62,621 nt of DNA, filler included, from Choristocarpus tenellus KU-1152 (GCA_964200185.2; 11 parts of 11 records of this genome joined end to end with filler, not necessarily neighbours in it), one strand, 5' to 3'; positions 48,611 through 61,267 are shown, numbered from the whole stretch's first letter. Notes: a model not told the origin generated them from the letters alone. Numbers and translations: made by a program.

Positions 48611-49938
48611 ACACCCAGATCCTATTAAAACATAGGCAACTCATTCGATTTGCTTTGATACGATACAGCATCGTCAGCTCACATTGAATGCTGATTCGTC
48701 CATTGTACTGGTCGCTATTTCCACTCCCACCATCAGCTCAACACCACATCTTACTCAACCACTATAACAACATCACAGTGGATAGAAAGCATAGGAACAG
48801 TCGCTACCCATCATACACACAAACATGCTATGTGGGACATTAGTTACGTTAGATGCGGATTCAAGCTTACCTTCTTGTTTCTTCTCTGTTTTTTCTTCTC
48901 CTTCTTCGCCACACAAAAAGTTATCAGTTGCATAGCATGTGTTGATTATTATTTTTACTTGACTGGCATTGCCTCCTCGTAAGATATCCCTCTCTGCAAT
49001 ACGTACAAGACACACGCCGGGATGCAAAATAGACAAAGTAAAATCATTCTTCGAAACCCTTCCCTGCCAAGGTGACAACCCTCTTCACAGAGGATGAATT
49101 CCTTCATTTGAGCGTCTCAATGAACGACCACACAGTTTCTATCAACCACGATCTGCTTGAGTAAAGCATGCCACAGACGTACCAGTACCCATATTGTACT
49201 CCAACCAAAGTCTGATTGAGTAAGACATCCCTTCAGACGTACCAGACCGAACCCACAGGTGTCTTGTTGCACTATGACACACACCTGTCTCTAAACTTGT
49301 TAATCACAGCACAACTAAACATACCTTCACATCGAACACTGTCTGACTGAATATAACGTGTCATCAGACCTACCAGAACAAATTCATCAGTGCTTTGTTG
49401 AGCTATGATCTCCTTCGTCACAAACCAGATACATCACAACAACACACAACTCATACGAAATCAAGTTTCAACAGGTTGACGAGACTCACACGATTCCCCT
49501 TCGAAATCAGGTTTCAGCAGATCCTGCAGTAGGGTTTGGTGAACCTCATCTGGTGATGGTGCCTCAATGTCTTCTCACCTCTGATAGAAGCTAATAAACA
49601 ATAATATAGCAATTGGTTGTCTGGGACAACAGATCATCACGGACAGGTTAACAGGAGTCAAGTAAATATAATCGCGCAATAGTATACTAACAGTCACGTT
49701 TGTGTCCCATTTTGCTCCCAGAGCTCAGTTTTTGGTTGACCTCGAATCATGTTTACATGGCCTTGAGGCCGATCAAAAGGGGGGGCGATGTGGAAAGCAA
49801 GGTTGCCTGTTATCATACCAATATTGCCGTATGCTATATGCTGTCATACTGATTGAGGTTTCTTGTCAGGAATCCCGGATTCCGGTGGAAGATCTCTCGT
49901 GAGACTGAGACGTGCAATCTTTTCAAGTGACCACTTTT

Positions 49939-50197
49939 GAGTGAAAATATCTTAGAGGGTACGATTTTTGCCCTGTTTGTTCGTTTGGGGCTTGGCTTCC
50001 CATGGGGTTTTTTATGACATTTTCCTACTCCGAAATATTTCGGAGTATGTAGAATATGTACGTTATGAAAAGGTGTGTCCGGAACAAGGATATTGACACT
50101 TCCTAAAAAACACGATAGCCAAAATTTCATCAAAATCGCAAGATTGGATTTTCATCCCCAAATGGACGCGGCTCTACCCTCCAAGGTACTTTGACTC
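49939..50197 (+). mobile_element. MITE family B, full copy (~260 bp)
   Basis: TIRs GAGTGAAAATATCTTAGAGGGTA / TACCCTCCAAGGTACTTTGACTC; flanked by TTT on both sides. Confidence 0.88.
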
Positions 50198-51018
50198 TTT
50201 TATAAGTTGTGGATATCTCTCTTCAATCAGAAATTTCAAACACCGAAAATTCTCTTTGTTCTCACGTCTTGACAATCTGATGATTCCCGTCTCATGAGAT
50301 TCTCATCACTCTGGAATTCTCTACAGTTCTACCAGTCTTGCAGTTGTCCAACGTCAACATCGTCCTCTCGGTTACGGTTCGTCTTGGTGAGTCTGGTTCG
50401 TCTTACCTGGTGATTCTGTTCTCCGCTCTTACCTGAGTGAACCATGCCGTCACAGATTCATGCGACATAAATGTTTGGTAGTTTGAATCCACTGTCCATG
50501 CCGGGTTTACCGTGAGCTTGTCGTACGTCTCATCCACACCACATCACCTTGAATTGTCTCATTAGAAACGTTTGGCTCACACAAATCCGTATGACTGCAC
50601 ATATTATCCAATATTTGTGTCAGGAGATCTTAAAAAGGGAAGACTTACGAAATATCTGAGTTTTGTGAGTGCGAGAATTCGTAGCGGTAGATACGTACAC
50701 GAAGGTGACACTTGGCAATATTGTGGTACCAATATCTTACGCGTCTGGGGTTGTCCCGTCATAACGTTTGATGTAGGCATCGAATTAAAAAATTAAAAAA
50801 AAGCATATTCGTGATGCCCGTCACAAGGTCCTCCAAAGAAGGGGCTTCGTTTTTTTCGCCATTTTTTTATATTTTTGAAGAAAGAGTGCTCATATTGGGG
50901 TTCGAACCCTGGATTGTAGGTCACCAATAGTGGCAACAAATATTCTATTACTTGATTAAGTGTAAGGTTTAGACTGGAAAAAAGCCTCCCTACTCTTTCT
51001 TCCTGTGTGTTCATGCAT

Positions 51019-51480
51019 TCACTCTTTTACCTCGGCAAGTATATCCTCGTCGAGGCCCAGAACGAAACGACTCTCGTCGCGCCCTTGCCCCGACACCTTG
51101 ATGTGCCCCTTAGGTAGGAAGTCTCTCTTCCATTTACTCACAGTTTCCAACCTGACCATCGCATATCCTGCTGCCATCTCGAGCGCCGTTTGACATTCCC
51201 GTCGTAAATACACAGGTGCAGGATTCGCAGTGTTAGAGCCTTTACTATCACATTTCCTCGTTGAGCGCTGGAAATGGGTTACGTTCTTTCGGGGTTCAGA
51301 GGCCTTGTAGCCCAACCCTAACACCTTCTGTCTCGTTTCCTTAAGCCACTCTGGCTTACATACTTTCCAAACAGGTAGGGCTTGCTGCAACTGTCGACTA
51401 CTAAGATATTCTACACCCAGGTTTTCACTTAGGCGTTTCCTGAGCGCAATGGCACACAGTCGCATTGCTCTCCTTCCCAA
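51019..51480 (-). mobile_element. Possible DNA transposase N-terminal fragment
   Basis: 153-codon intronless ORF ending TVSKWKRDFL..GHIKVSGQGR...DEDI, reminiscent of the HTH region of some Tc1/mariner-related transposases; no catalytic domain. Confidence 0.3.
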
Positions 51481-51573
51481 CCTTCCCTTCAGTCGGTCAC
51501 TCTAGTTCTCCCTTCGCCCACCGTGACCAGGCTTCCCCACAGACTTGGTCACTGTACCACACCTGGTGATGGA

Positions 51574-53961
51574 TGTGCAAAATAGGACAATAGTGCGGTT
51601 GTACTTTGTTTTGTATATGAGATATTATTGTGTTGAATTGAGTCCATGTGATGTAACTAATGAGATAGTACATCCGGATTATGTATGGGATTATGTATGG
51701 GATTATGTATTGGTATGTGTTCCGCATTCAACTACTTTGACATAACCGTTGACTTAGATAGGAAGCACAAAGAATAATAAACAAGCAATGAGAAGACACC
51801 CTTCAAAGGTCTCTCTTCTAATTTCAACCATGTAATCACGTTCAGCAAAGAGGAGGTCGTGTGAGGCTTCACACCTTCTTATCTTCACTACAAAAAATAG
51901 CATTACCTCCCAAGGTAATTTGCACAAGTTATGACACAAGTTATGAGCCTAAGTAGTATAGAGAAAAGGAGCAGGTAATGGACCCGAATGGCATGAAGAA
52001 TTGCCCAACTGAACTGGAGCACCGGCACGATCAGTGGAAACTTGGACAACATCGAGACTATATCTGGTGGTTTATGCCAACAAAAGGGTCTATAAGATAT
52101 TTTGCGGCGAAAATACATCGTCCTGAACTCACGGAGACACTAACGGAACAGGAACGAATATCGCACTGAAACTGCGAAGAGGAATCAATGAAGGATGCGT
52201 GGAGGACGAGATCCACGTGCAGCTCAACGCAAGACGCGCAGAGGACTAGATCCCCGTGCAGCTCAACAGATGGCGTGCGGAGGACGAGATCCCCGTGCAG
52301 GTCATCACAAGACCCGATACAAGCTACAGGAAGCTGAAACGGGCAATAGTATCATCATGGTTATCCCAACAAAGTGGTTTTGCACCTTCGACACAAATGG
52401 AAGCTGGAGGCTAAGGAGACATGAGATATGGTACGATCAATAAAAAGCAAGAACTGGAGGTCAAGAGGATACTTTGGGTACCTGGTATGCCATGCCGAAT
52501 ATTGAGCAGTGGGACCCTTGGACAAGATGACGGAGTTAAACATGAGCCTGAGCCTGAGCCTGAGCCGCAAGAATCTGCCTATGGAACTAGAGCAGTCGTC
52601 ACAACATTTGTCCCTGAAGGGGGCACGCCCATCGATTGGAGACTCCAAGATTCTTGCTTACGGAATGAGAAAAGCAATTGCTGTACCTGCCACTAGGGGA
52701 GCAGGACATTAGCAGGAGCAGTAACTATACCTCCACCAGAAAAAAAGCAGGAAAAGAGGAGCTAACCGTGGGGAACCTGGGAGGACTCTAGCCGCTGGGA
52801 CCATAAACGCATGGAAGAGAGTACAGAAGGTCAGCGGATGAGGTGGCCAAGGTACAACTGGTCAACGTACGGACCATATCACAACAAGATCCCCTACCAG
52901 AAACGAGATCAGGACCAACAGAAGATGTTTAAGCTGTGGACTGATCAAGCATATTGGTCCTTGTTCTTTTGAAGGAATGTGCTACAACTGTGGAGGTAAA
53001 GGAAACCTTCAGATCGTTTGTCGCCAGAGGAGAGCAACACCGTCTTAACAGGCGGAGGAATTAGCTTGACCAGGGTTGGAGCCAGAAAAGAAAAACAGAG
53101 AAGCTTGTCAGCAAAGGGCTGCCTGCACAAGACTTGTAAGTCTGGGAAGTAAATAATATCTACTCCAGACGATCAAGAACCATCTTCAACATTAGAGGCA
53201 CCCTGGCGAGGAAGGTTGTTAGCAAAGGACTTCACTCAACGAGAGGATGTGCAAGACATTCAATTATGATAGGCTTCAAGCCTGGGGGAGTGAGTACTAC
53301 GTCAACAGGACAAGCAGCAAAGGATGGCCAGTTCAAACCCAAGAATGGACAGCGATGATGCATGGAATGAGGCATGCAAAATTCCTCAGAGGCATCCTGG
53401 GGGAGCTGGGCATACTCAAAGGGGTCGCGGTTTGGTATGGAGACAATCGAGGTGTGATCCAAGCAGCAAAAAATTGAAGGCTTCAACGAAAGAACAAGGC
53501 ATGTCGACATCAAGCTGAAATGCACCAGGGAGTATGTCAATAAAGTTTTTTTTAGAGTGAAGTATATACCCACAACACTACAAATAGCAGACATCTTGAC
53601 CAAAAGATTACGCAAGAAGCAGGTAGAAGACTTTGTAGACACTGTGTTTACTAGATGAATGTCATGAGTTAAACTTAAAGTAATCTGCGTTCTTTTACTG
53701 GGTTGACAAGATAAATGAGATGTGTGTGAGAATTGAACCAATCTGACGTCTTTTAATTCCAATTTTCATGGGGAAGTGTGCAGAATGGGGAGTGTGCACA
53801 ATAAGATGTTTTAGGTTTGAGAGTTCCAGCAACTCTTCATTGCCTGCACTCTCATGGAGGAGTGTGCAAGATAAGACAATAGTGAGGTGTACTTTATTTT
53901 GTGTGTGAGAGATTATTGTGTTGAATTGAGTTCATGTGATGTAACTAATGAGATAGTACAT
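51574..53961 (+). mobile_element. Internally deleted Ty1/copia element: 5' LTR 51574-51926, PBS, gag remnant, RNase H, PPT, 3' LTR from 53863
   Basis: LTR TGTGCAAA...TTTGCACA; PBS AGTTATGAGCC; RNase H WYGDNRGVIQAA.../RTRHVDIKLKCTRE...YIPTTLQIADILTK at 53340-53655; 53863-53961 repeats the LTR start after ATGGAGGAG. Confidence 0.88.
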
Positions 53962-54111
53962 NNNNNNNNNNNNNNNNNNNNNNNNNNNNNNNNNNNNNNN
54001 NNNNNTTAATTAATTAANNNNNNNNNNNNNNNNNNNNNNNNNNNNNNNNNNNNNNNNNNNNAAAAGTCGACACCCAGGCCGAACGGAGCGGGAAGAAAAA
54101 AGAGGAAAGGT

Positions 54112-54159
<48 letters not shown>

Positions 54160-54745
54160 AGGAGAAAAGGGAAGGGGACTAACAGTGATTTTAAAGGGTG
54201 CCAAGAATGGGGAGTGCATCATCAACAGGGACAGATAGCCCCCAAGGCTTGTTGCAACAGGACTATTAAGAGTGATACAAGAGTCAGTGGAATACAGTAC
54301 GATACATTAATTCTTTTTAAGTGGTTATTGTGTGTTGAGGATGAAAGAAATCACTGGATTGGAAAAGAATTGAAGTAGTAACCATCGGATTCTCACCATG
54401 GATCTCAGTACAGTACATGCTGGAGGGGGATTTTTCTCAATTATTATGATACTTGACACCAGATGCACATTTGACAACCAACGTCATTCAGGTACCATCA
54501 CCCCATAGCACAAATATGGCAAAGGTACTGAGGTGGTACTGCATGAGATAATAAAAATATACTCTTGTACATTACCAAAATAAAAAATAACTTACACGGT
54601 GTTAAGAGTTGTGTGGGAGTCATTTTCACGGGTAGTTACCCCTTGTGCCACAGCAAACATCAAGTTGCAATAGTGCAATCTAAGCAACTTATCAATACGC
54701 AAGAGGATCCAACAAAGAAGCAGTGAGATATAACCATATAACCAC

Positions 54746-54778
54746 ATAACCCTAACCCTAACCCTAACCCTAACCCTA
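54746..54778. repeat. Interstitial telomere-type repeat (CCCTAA)n
   Basis: About 5 units; shorter tracts near 2314, 26646, 27881, 28482, 29872, 30824, 46562 and 59304. Confidence 0.85.
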
Positions 54779-55031
54779 TAACAACACGAAGCAACAAAAA
54801 CAAAACCAGACAAATGACAGATTCAACCACGCCACTACACATGAAAGGTATCTACCAGAGAACATGTAATTCACAAAACATCCCATTAAAAGGACGTATC
54901 TTGTCTGCTATGGATGGGAGGAGGGAGGACAAGTCCCCACACTAACAAAGGCCTTCCAACCCAAAGTCAAAACATTTTTTCTGTGTTACTCTTCATATAA
55001 TACGCCTTCCCAGACTCTACTAACACCATAC

Positions 55032-56521
55032 CTTCGGTGCAAAGCAAGCGCCTCAAACTCATCATACAAGATGACACCATCTTGATTAAGGTCAAATGTT
55101 GCAAAGAGTTCGTCTACGTCCTTAGCTCTGGCAGGAAGCACCAATGCCTGAAGTGCCTCCCTCACCTGGAAGAAAAAACAGGGGACAAAAGGAGGGGGGC
55201 AGGGGGTCGGGGGAGGATGCAGTGCTGAAATTCATCGGCGACAGTATGTATTAAGAGGTAATAAACATCATTTCTGCAATCCATTCCGGGAAGATGGCTA
55301 GTGGTGATAGGGGAGTGTGTGATGAAGTGAGAAGCAGTCGCTGGTAATACTTGGCTAGACATGTTGTGACATATTATTAGTCGTTGTCTTCAACGATCCT
55401 GTGAGCAACTGAGGACTGGGGGTGAGGGTTAACACACCCATAGGACAAGGGGAGCTACAACAAAACTGAGCCATGAGGATCAACTTGATGAATCATAAAA
55501 CGACCGAAGAAATCTCGTGAGGTTTGCTGAAAGTCTTTCTTGATCACGAAAGCAATACAGCACCATGCAATGTAGTAAAGCATATATTAAACATTTGATC
55601 TCATCGTGCACTTGTACAAGTTGAATATCAAATGCAATAAACATCTACTAGAAGGCAACGACCCGTACATGTGGCACACCTTGAGGCTACTGTGCCATCT
55701 GTACTCGTGGCAAATAGTTGAGTTGGGATATAGGTGTTAAATCATTCCTGCTTGGGCAGATATCGCAAAGTCAATCGTCTGATCACGTACCCTATCCATC
55801 AGAATATTTGGTATGCCATTCTGAGTCTCCGCAACCATGCCTACTCAGCGGGTCCGTCTTATCACAAATGACCTACGCCTCCACTATTGTGGTCACCTCT
55901 TCCCTGTCGACACGGCCATCGTTATTGTTATCCAGTTGCTTGAAAACATCCTTCACAACTACCTGTGTAGGGATTTGGCAATGAAGAACGCAGCAGAGGC
56001 GGCACGAGTCCGGGAGGGGGGGTCATGACGTATGCGCCATTGGGCAGTGTGGATACACAACGTGAGACGTTGAACACCACGGAGTAGACCTTACCGAATC
56101 CCTGACGGGGGTGCACTTCCAAGGCGGGATATGCCAAGCAAGCTTGACATGTTCTGCGAGACAAGAAATCCTCTACGCATATGCTGACATAATTAGACTT
56201 CGGAGAGTCTCCTTGTGGTAAACTTCATGGTCACTCGAAGGTGTCCCAGACCAAATGGTTTGTAATCATAGCATAAAATAGACAAACATATTGCACCAAG
56301 GCCATTAATCAATCTAATTCATCATAACAAGATCAGTGGCGGTAGTGAATTACGAAGGTAAATTGAACCCAGGTCTTGACCCATGAGCTGAAAATGTTGG
56401 TTTTGCTAACAATCCGACAAGTCGCCGAAGTGGGATAGTATCGTGCCTTGAACTTTTCGAGATCAACGGCATCATCCGTGGGTTCGTCCTTGGAGGCAGT
56501 GAATGTTCGTTGGAGCACCAT
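55032..56521 (-). CDS. EF-hand protein, possibly a Ca-binding mitochondrial carrier (SCaMC/APC type); exons 56521-56447 (tentative), 55962-55897, 55165-55032; 3' incomplete
   Basis: Two canonical EF loops: VFKQLDNNNDGRVDREE|VREALQAL and LFATFDLNQDGVILYDEF. Carrier identity is an inference because no carrier repeats are in the window. Confidence 0.7.
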
Positions 56522-56875
56522 GGTCTCCACACATAGATTAGACCAAGCAACCACAGCGGGTTGCCTTCTCTGTCCCTCTCAGTTCCTTCACCAGCCTCTG
56601 GTACTACTACCAGAACCTGAACATTCAGTAGGAGATGTAGTCAAAATATCAATAGTTACGTTGTCTCCAAAAACGTACTAGTTTTTAAAAAATGAAAAAC
56701 TTCTCTAATGTTATACTAAAATATTTATACTCTTACTACTGTGAAACCCCTCTTATCACAAACTCAATACATTCCCTCGATGCATCGATATACTGTACGT
56801 TAGCATTGCAATCTCAACATCTGCCGACGTAAATTGGCTGCTCCTCCCTGAGGTCTCCTTACATAGTTTTAGTTA
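56522..56875. promoter_or_regulatory. Putative bidirectional promoter between the EF-hand gene and IFT140
   Basis: 354 bp between divergent ATGs with an AT-rich core at 56680-56740. Confidence 0.45.
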
Positions 56876-59074
56876 ATGAATTCTCTCTTCTTTGACTACC
56901 CCTGCAAGGCGGCGAACAGCGACACAGTCGTACCATCAATCGACCTCGCCTGGTGCAAATCTGAGAATGTCTTGGCTTGTGCAATGGAGCATGGAGGCAT
57001 CGCCTTCTACGAAGATGAGGTAGAGAGCGCAAATAGGTCGTCACATATTGAATATGGTGTCGAAAACGACCGCATCTGACGCAGTGGACGAAATCACACC
57101 ATCTAATCTATCTCCATCGCCAACCAACCTTTCAGGGAGCTGAGATCATCTCTGCCCGTATCAGGAGGGACAATAACCAGAGGTCCAATACGATGGAATG
57201 GTCACCAAGAGGGAAGGTACCAAAATTCCCCTTCATTGTGATATGATTAAGGGCGTGAAAAGGGTCGTCACAAACACAGCTTTAAAAGATATTTTCTTGG
57301 TGGTTGATATTGGTTCAATAATGTACATACAGCCAACTCCAACTCTCAAACGTTTCGTCTGAGTCTCCCCCTCTCATGACTGTGTTTTAGAATTAAACAG
57401 ACCATTCTCTGAGGTTTTGTCCTCAGATCGCCTAAAGGTGAGCCTAACGATCTCAAAGGCCGTACTTTCTTCTCGCATGGTTGGCCTAGTCTCCTCCCCA
57501 GAGATTGACCCTCCCCAATTGCCAACACCAACCTCCAATCCAACAGATCCTTGGAGTTGGTTGGACAGATGGGCAGGTATCGATTTGGAACGTCATGGAA
57601 CCTCTGCGTAAAAGTGCCTCAGTTTGCACTTGTGCAAATTTAAGCATCCATCGTCTTCCGGTGACCTTACTTATCTGGAATCAGAGTGGTACGCGGCTGG
57701 TAACAGGGGACGTGGTGAGCAAACTCCGTTGTCCCTGCCGTTTCAGGTCCAGAATACAGTTACGAGGGCCGCTACCTTGAGATAGGCCTCGGATTAGAAA
57801 CGTTTCGTTCATGGTATTCGCCATCTCCTTAGACTATTTCCTCTACATCAACTGTGCCCAACAACTGGGCATCTGATCTGCCTCCCTGCACAATGCCATG
57901 TCAGAAAAGACCAACTCGCCGTTGCAAAACTGAACAGATGAGTGTAGCATACACCATAGTACCTGACATGTAACAGAGATGAAGGAGGATACAATGAGAA
58001 AGGACAAAAGGGTATTGAAGTATCACACAAGCACTACAGTGGACACGAATGCACCCATCATCTTCTTGCTACCCCTCCAACTCCTATCTTGGTAGGCCTC
58101 TCTCTTGTACCAATCACTTCATGGCATGGCAGATCTCTCCTAACTTTCAGGATAACACTGGAGTAGTCCCAACATAGATTGATTTATTGTTTCAAGTTTC
58201 CACAAGACCTTGCACACATTTAACAGGCTGCAATCCATTTGTTGGCCCCTTTCAGGCTGGCATTGTGTGCATTTGGAAGGTTGATGGCAGGGGCAATGTG
58301 ACACCCTCTCTTCAATACCGCAGGAATAGCACCATCACTGCAGCAGTCTTTTGCCCAGTGCCAGCCCAAACCACAGAAATGATGGCACAGGTAACTGAAG
58401 GATAGATCTGGATGTTACTGTTCATTCATACTACTTGTTGTAGGCTAAATCTATGACTGAAATAGGAGGGATACACTGAACAACTACTTCAGAATGTATC
58501 CAAACACTCAAAACATTGATGCTTCGAAGTACAATGTATTGATATTTTCAAGTTGAGTCAACGCAAAATGTGGATGGTTCCAAAATAATTAGTTTCATAC
58601 AGGTAGGGTGAGCTACCTGAGTCGACGATATTGTTATCCTTTCTACTCATCTTAGCAGGGTTCAGGATAAAGATATTTTATTTTTCCACTGTTACACCTC
58701 CTGACCGCACACCTAAGTGATACCACCTGCTACCCCTTGTGTCTTCCTTCTGCCCATCTCTCTACAAAACATACCGTTGATATGGTGACGGTTGGTGGGG
58801 TTGGTGGAACAAACATTCCCCTGTCATGTAATGGTGTTGAGTGCAGGTATTCTCGCTGTCATTCTTCTTTGCAACAGAAACAGGAATGGTGTGCTATGCT
58901 GATGACCTGGGCCACTGCACTGATGTGCAACAGCTCACGAGCTCTGTTGATCGGCTGGTGTTCTATGAGGAAACGAGGCGCCTTGTCATAATCACACGCT
59001 CCTTACTCATGGCTCAGTTACAGGCGAGGAGAAGGAGAATATAATAGATGGGGGATTTTTTAAGGGTCCCAGTC

Positions 59075-59112
<38 letters not shown>

Positions 59113-59527
59113 TCTGTTCCTCCAACTATTTTGTTGTGGTGAGATTTTTGACATTAGTGAGCTCCTGAAGCATCTCTGATCACCACTCTTTCATCTGATC
59201 TCCCATCTGATCTCCCATCTGATCACCACATGTAAATGGAAAAAAAATTCCCCCCCTTCCCAAGTCAACTAACTAGGCATCAGTAGTTTACTAACCATTG
59301 GTGTTAGGGTTAGGGTTATTGGAAAATAGTCTGCGGTGATCAAGCAAATAATTCATCTGCTCTCCCTACCTCCATATGTATCCACCTACCTATACCCCCA
59401 CTGTACTCTGCCGTTACACACTCTGGATACTCAAGAGTAGGTGGGAGAGGATGAGATTGTGTCGCAGTTTATGAAGGTGAAGTTGTCTGTATCAGCAGCA
59501 TCTCTGCAAGAATCAGGTCTTCGAGAG
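56876..59527 (+). CDS. IFT140: Intraflagellar transport protein 140, exons 56876-57019, 57136-57216, 57547-57714, 58256-58390, 58847-59023, 59441-59527 (3' incomplete)
   Basis: WD40 N-terminus collinear with IFT140 as I recall it: LGVGWTDGQVSIWN, WNQSGTRLVTGD, IWKVDGRG, LVFYEETRRLVIIT, MKVKLS; all introns phase 0. Confidence 0.92.
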
Positions 59528-59547
59528 GTGAGGAAAAGGCAACAGGT

Positions 59548-59822
59548 GACCCAAAGCATTTAAGAGGGTAGGAATTTTGCCCTGTTAGTCCATTCGGGGC
59601 TTGACTTCCTACCTTTTTTTTTTAATGCTCTTTTTTCGGTTTTCTGTGTGAACATTTCGGATTTTGGAGTAGGTAAAATGTATAGGATTATGAAAGATGT
59701 GTCCAGAGCAAGGATATTGACTCTTGATAACAAACATAAGAGCCAAAATTAATCAAAATTTGCAGCATTGGATTTATTTATCCCAAACGGACGCGGCCCT
59801 ACCCTCTTAAATGCTTTGACTC
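59548..59822 (+). mobile_element. MITE family B, full copy in an IFT140 intron
   Basis: TIRs GACCCAAAGCATTTAAGAGGGTAG / CTACCCTCTTAAATGCTTTGACTC. Confidence 0.85.
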
Positions 59823-59957
59823 TGAGAAAGAAGCACTGGGTCAAACTATCTGGGGGGNNNNNNNNNNNNNNNNNNNNNNNNNNNNNNNNNNNNNNNNNNN
59901 NTTAATTAATTAANNNNNNNNNNNNNNNNNNNNNNNNNNNNNNNNNNNNNNNNNNNN

Positions 59958-60030
59958 CACCATGATTCCTCATCGCTAGTAGTCTACGCATTTTACCTAC
60001 ATGTACGATGCATTCGATTCAGGTTTCAAC
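59958..60030 (+). repeat. 3' end of LTR family C
   Basis: Reverse complement of 6798-6872; ends TTTCAACA with no PBS following. Confidence 0.75.
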
Positions 60031-60681
60031 ACATCCTTAATCTGGTCCAGCAGGCTAAAGATCCTGCAAATTGGAGAAGCACTTATACGTTGCTAACAAA
60101 GTTCGGAGTGTATGTTGTTCAATATGAACGAGTGTTGGGAGCAACTACGATTAGACCAAGGTGCCTGTGAAAAGACCAAAACAACTACTGCTTCCTCTTT
60201 GCAGGATTGCGAGCATACACCCCATGGATCCGTACATGCCCAACACACAGCAGCCACCAATGTTGAGGTTGAAGCTTCGTTACGTCAGGGTAGAATTTCC
60301 GTCACGGAGGAAACAAGGGGTTGTCTGGACTGGTACACAAAACTCCAACTCCGCACAGGTCGAAGTGGGCACAAGGCTGGTATCTGCTCTAATAGATACA
60401 ATAGGCCCAGCAACGGAAGGTATTATTGGGGTGGCAGCATGGAGGTATGGACACCACCAGTGGCAAAGCCTGAGCCTGAGTAACTGTACAATTCGTTCAC
60501 AATATCCTACACATGTTAGTAGGAATGAATGAAATGTTTGGCTAAATAATGTATAGAGAACTGGGGCATGAACTGGCCGAGTTAGGAGAGGAGGACTACG
60601 TAATGGCCCGTTTGTATTATAGCGTCGTCTTGGGCATTTATGTTTCACACAGTGACGACGGAAAGGTGACATTAAATAGGA

Positions 60682-61267
60682 TGTTAAAACATTAGTTACT
60701 CATCTCTGTTTGTTCCTTGATACGATAGAGTTCCATCAGTCAACACTAACTGTTGATTGGTCTGTTACGCTCTGGACGTTACTATATAATGTCATCATCA
60801 CCACATCAATTATCGTCACAACACCGTAGTACAGAACAGTCACTCGGCGTTCCATACGCAAGAATAGTATACGTTACTTGAGTTGCATCACACATTGGTT
60901 CAAGTTTGTTCTGTTGTTCCCTTCTTTGTTTTTCTTCACTCTTTCTTCTTATCAGTAGAAGATGACAGTTGTACGTTGATTGTTGATTGTTATGTCTTTC
61001 ATGATCCGTCATTGATCACTCGCAATGCACCAAGCTCACTCTGCACTAAGTGTACCAGCTGCACACATGGATGTAATATAACCAGATTTAAAACCATCCA
61101 GGGAAACCTTGCCAGCCAAGGTAACAAGCCTCTCCACAGAGCATGGACTTCTTTCGTTGAGTGAGTATCTCATGAAAGAACACTGAATTCACATCACATC
61201 ATTCTGGATTGAGCAACCAAGAATACTGAATTTACATCGCATCATTCTTGACTGAGAGATCAACGAG
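60682..61267 (+). repeat. LTR family C, 3'-truncated copy
   Basis: Collinear with the reverse complement of 6968-7518; begins TGTTAAAACA. Confidence 0.8.

Noticed and set aside
3422-59957. Regularly recurring TTAATTAATTAA flanked by N runs
   Set aside because: Artificial six-frame-stop linker between contigs; no biological meaning, and no linkage can be inferred across it.
60040-60670. Overlapping 123-130 aa ORFs between LTR-C pieces
   Set aside because: No recognisable domain; probably decayed TE sequence.
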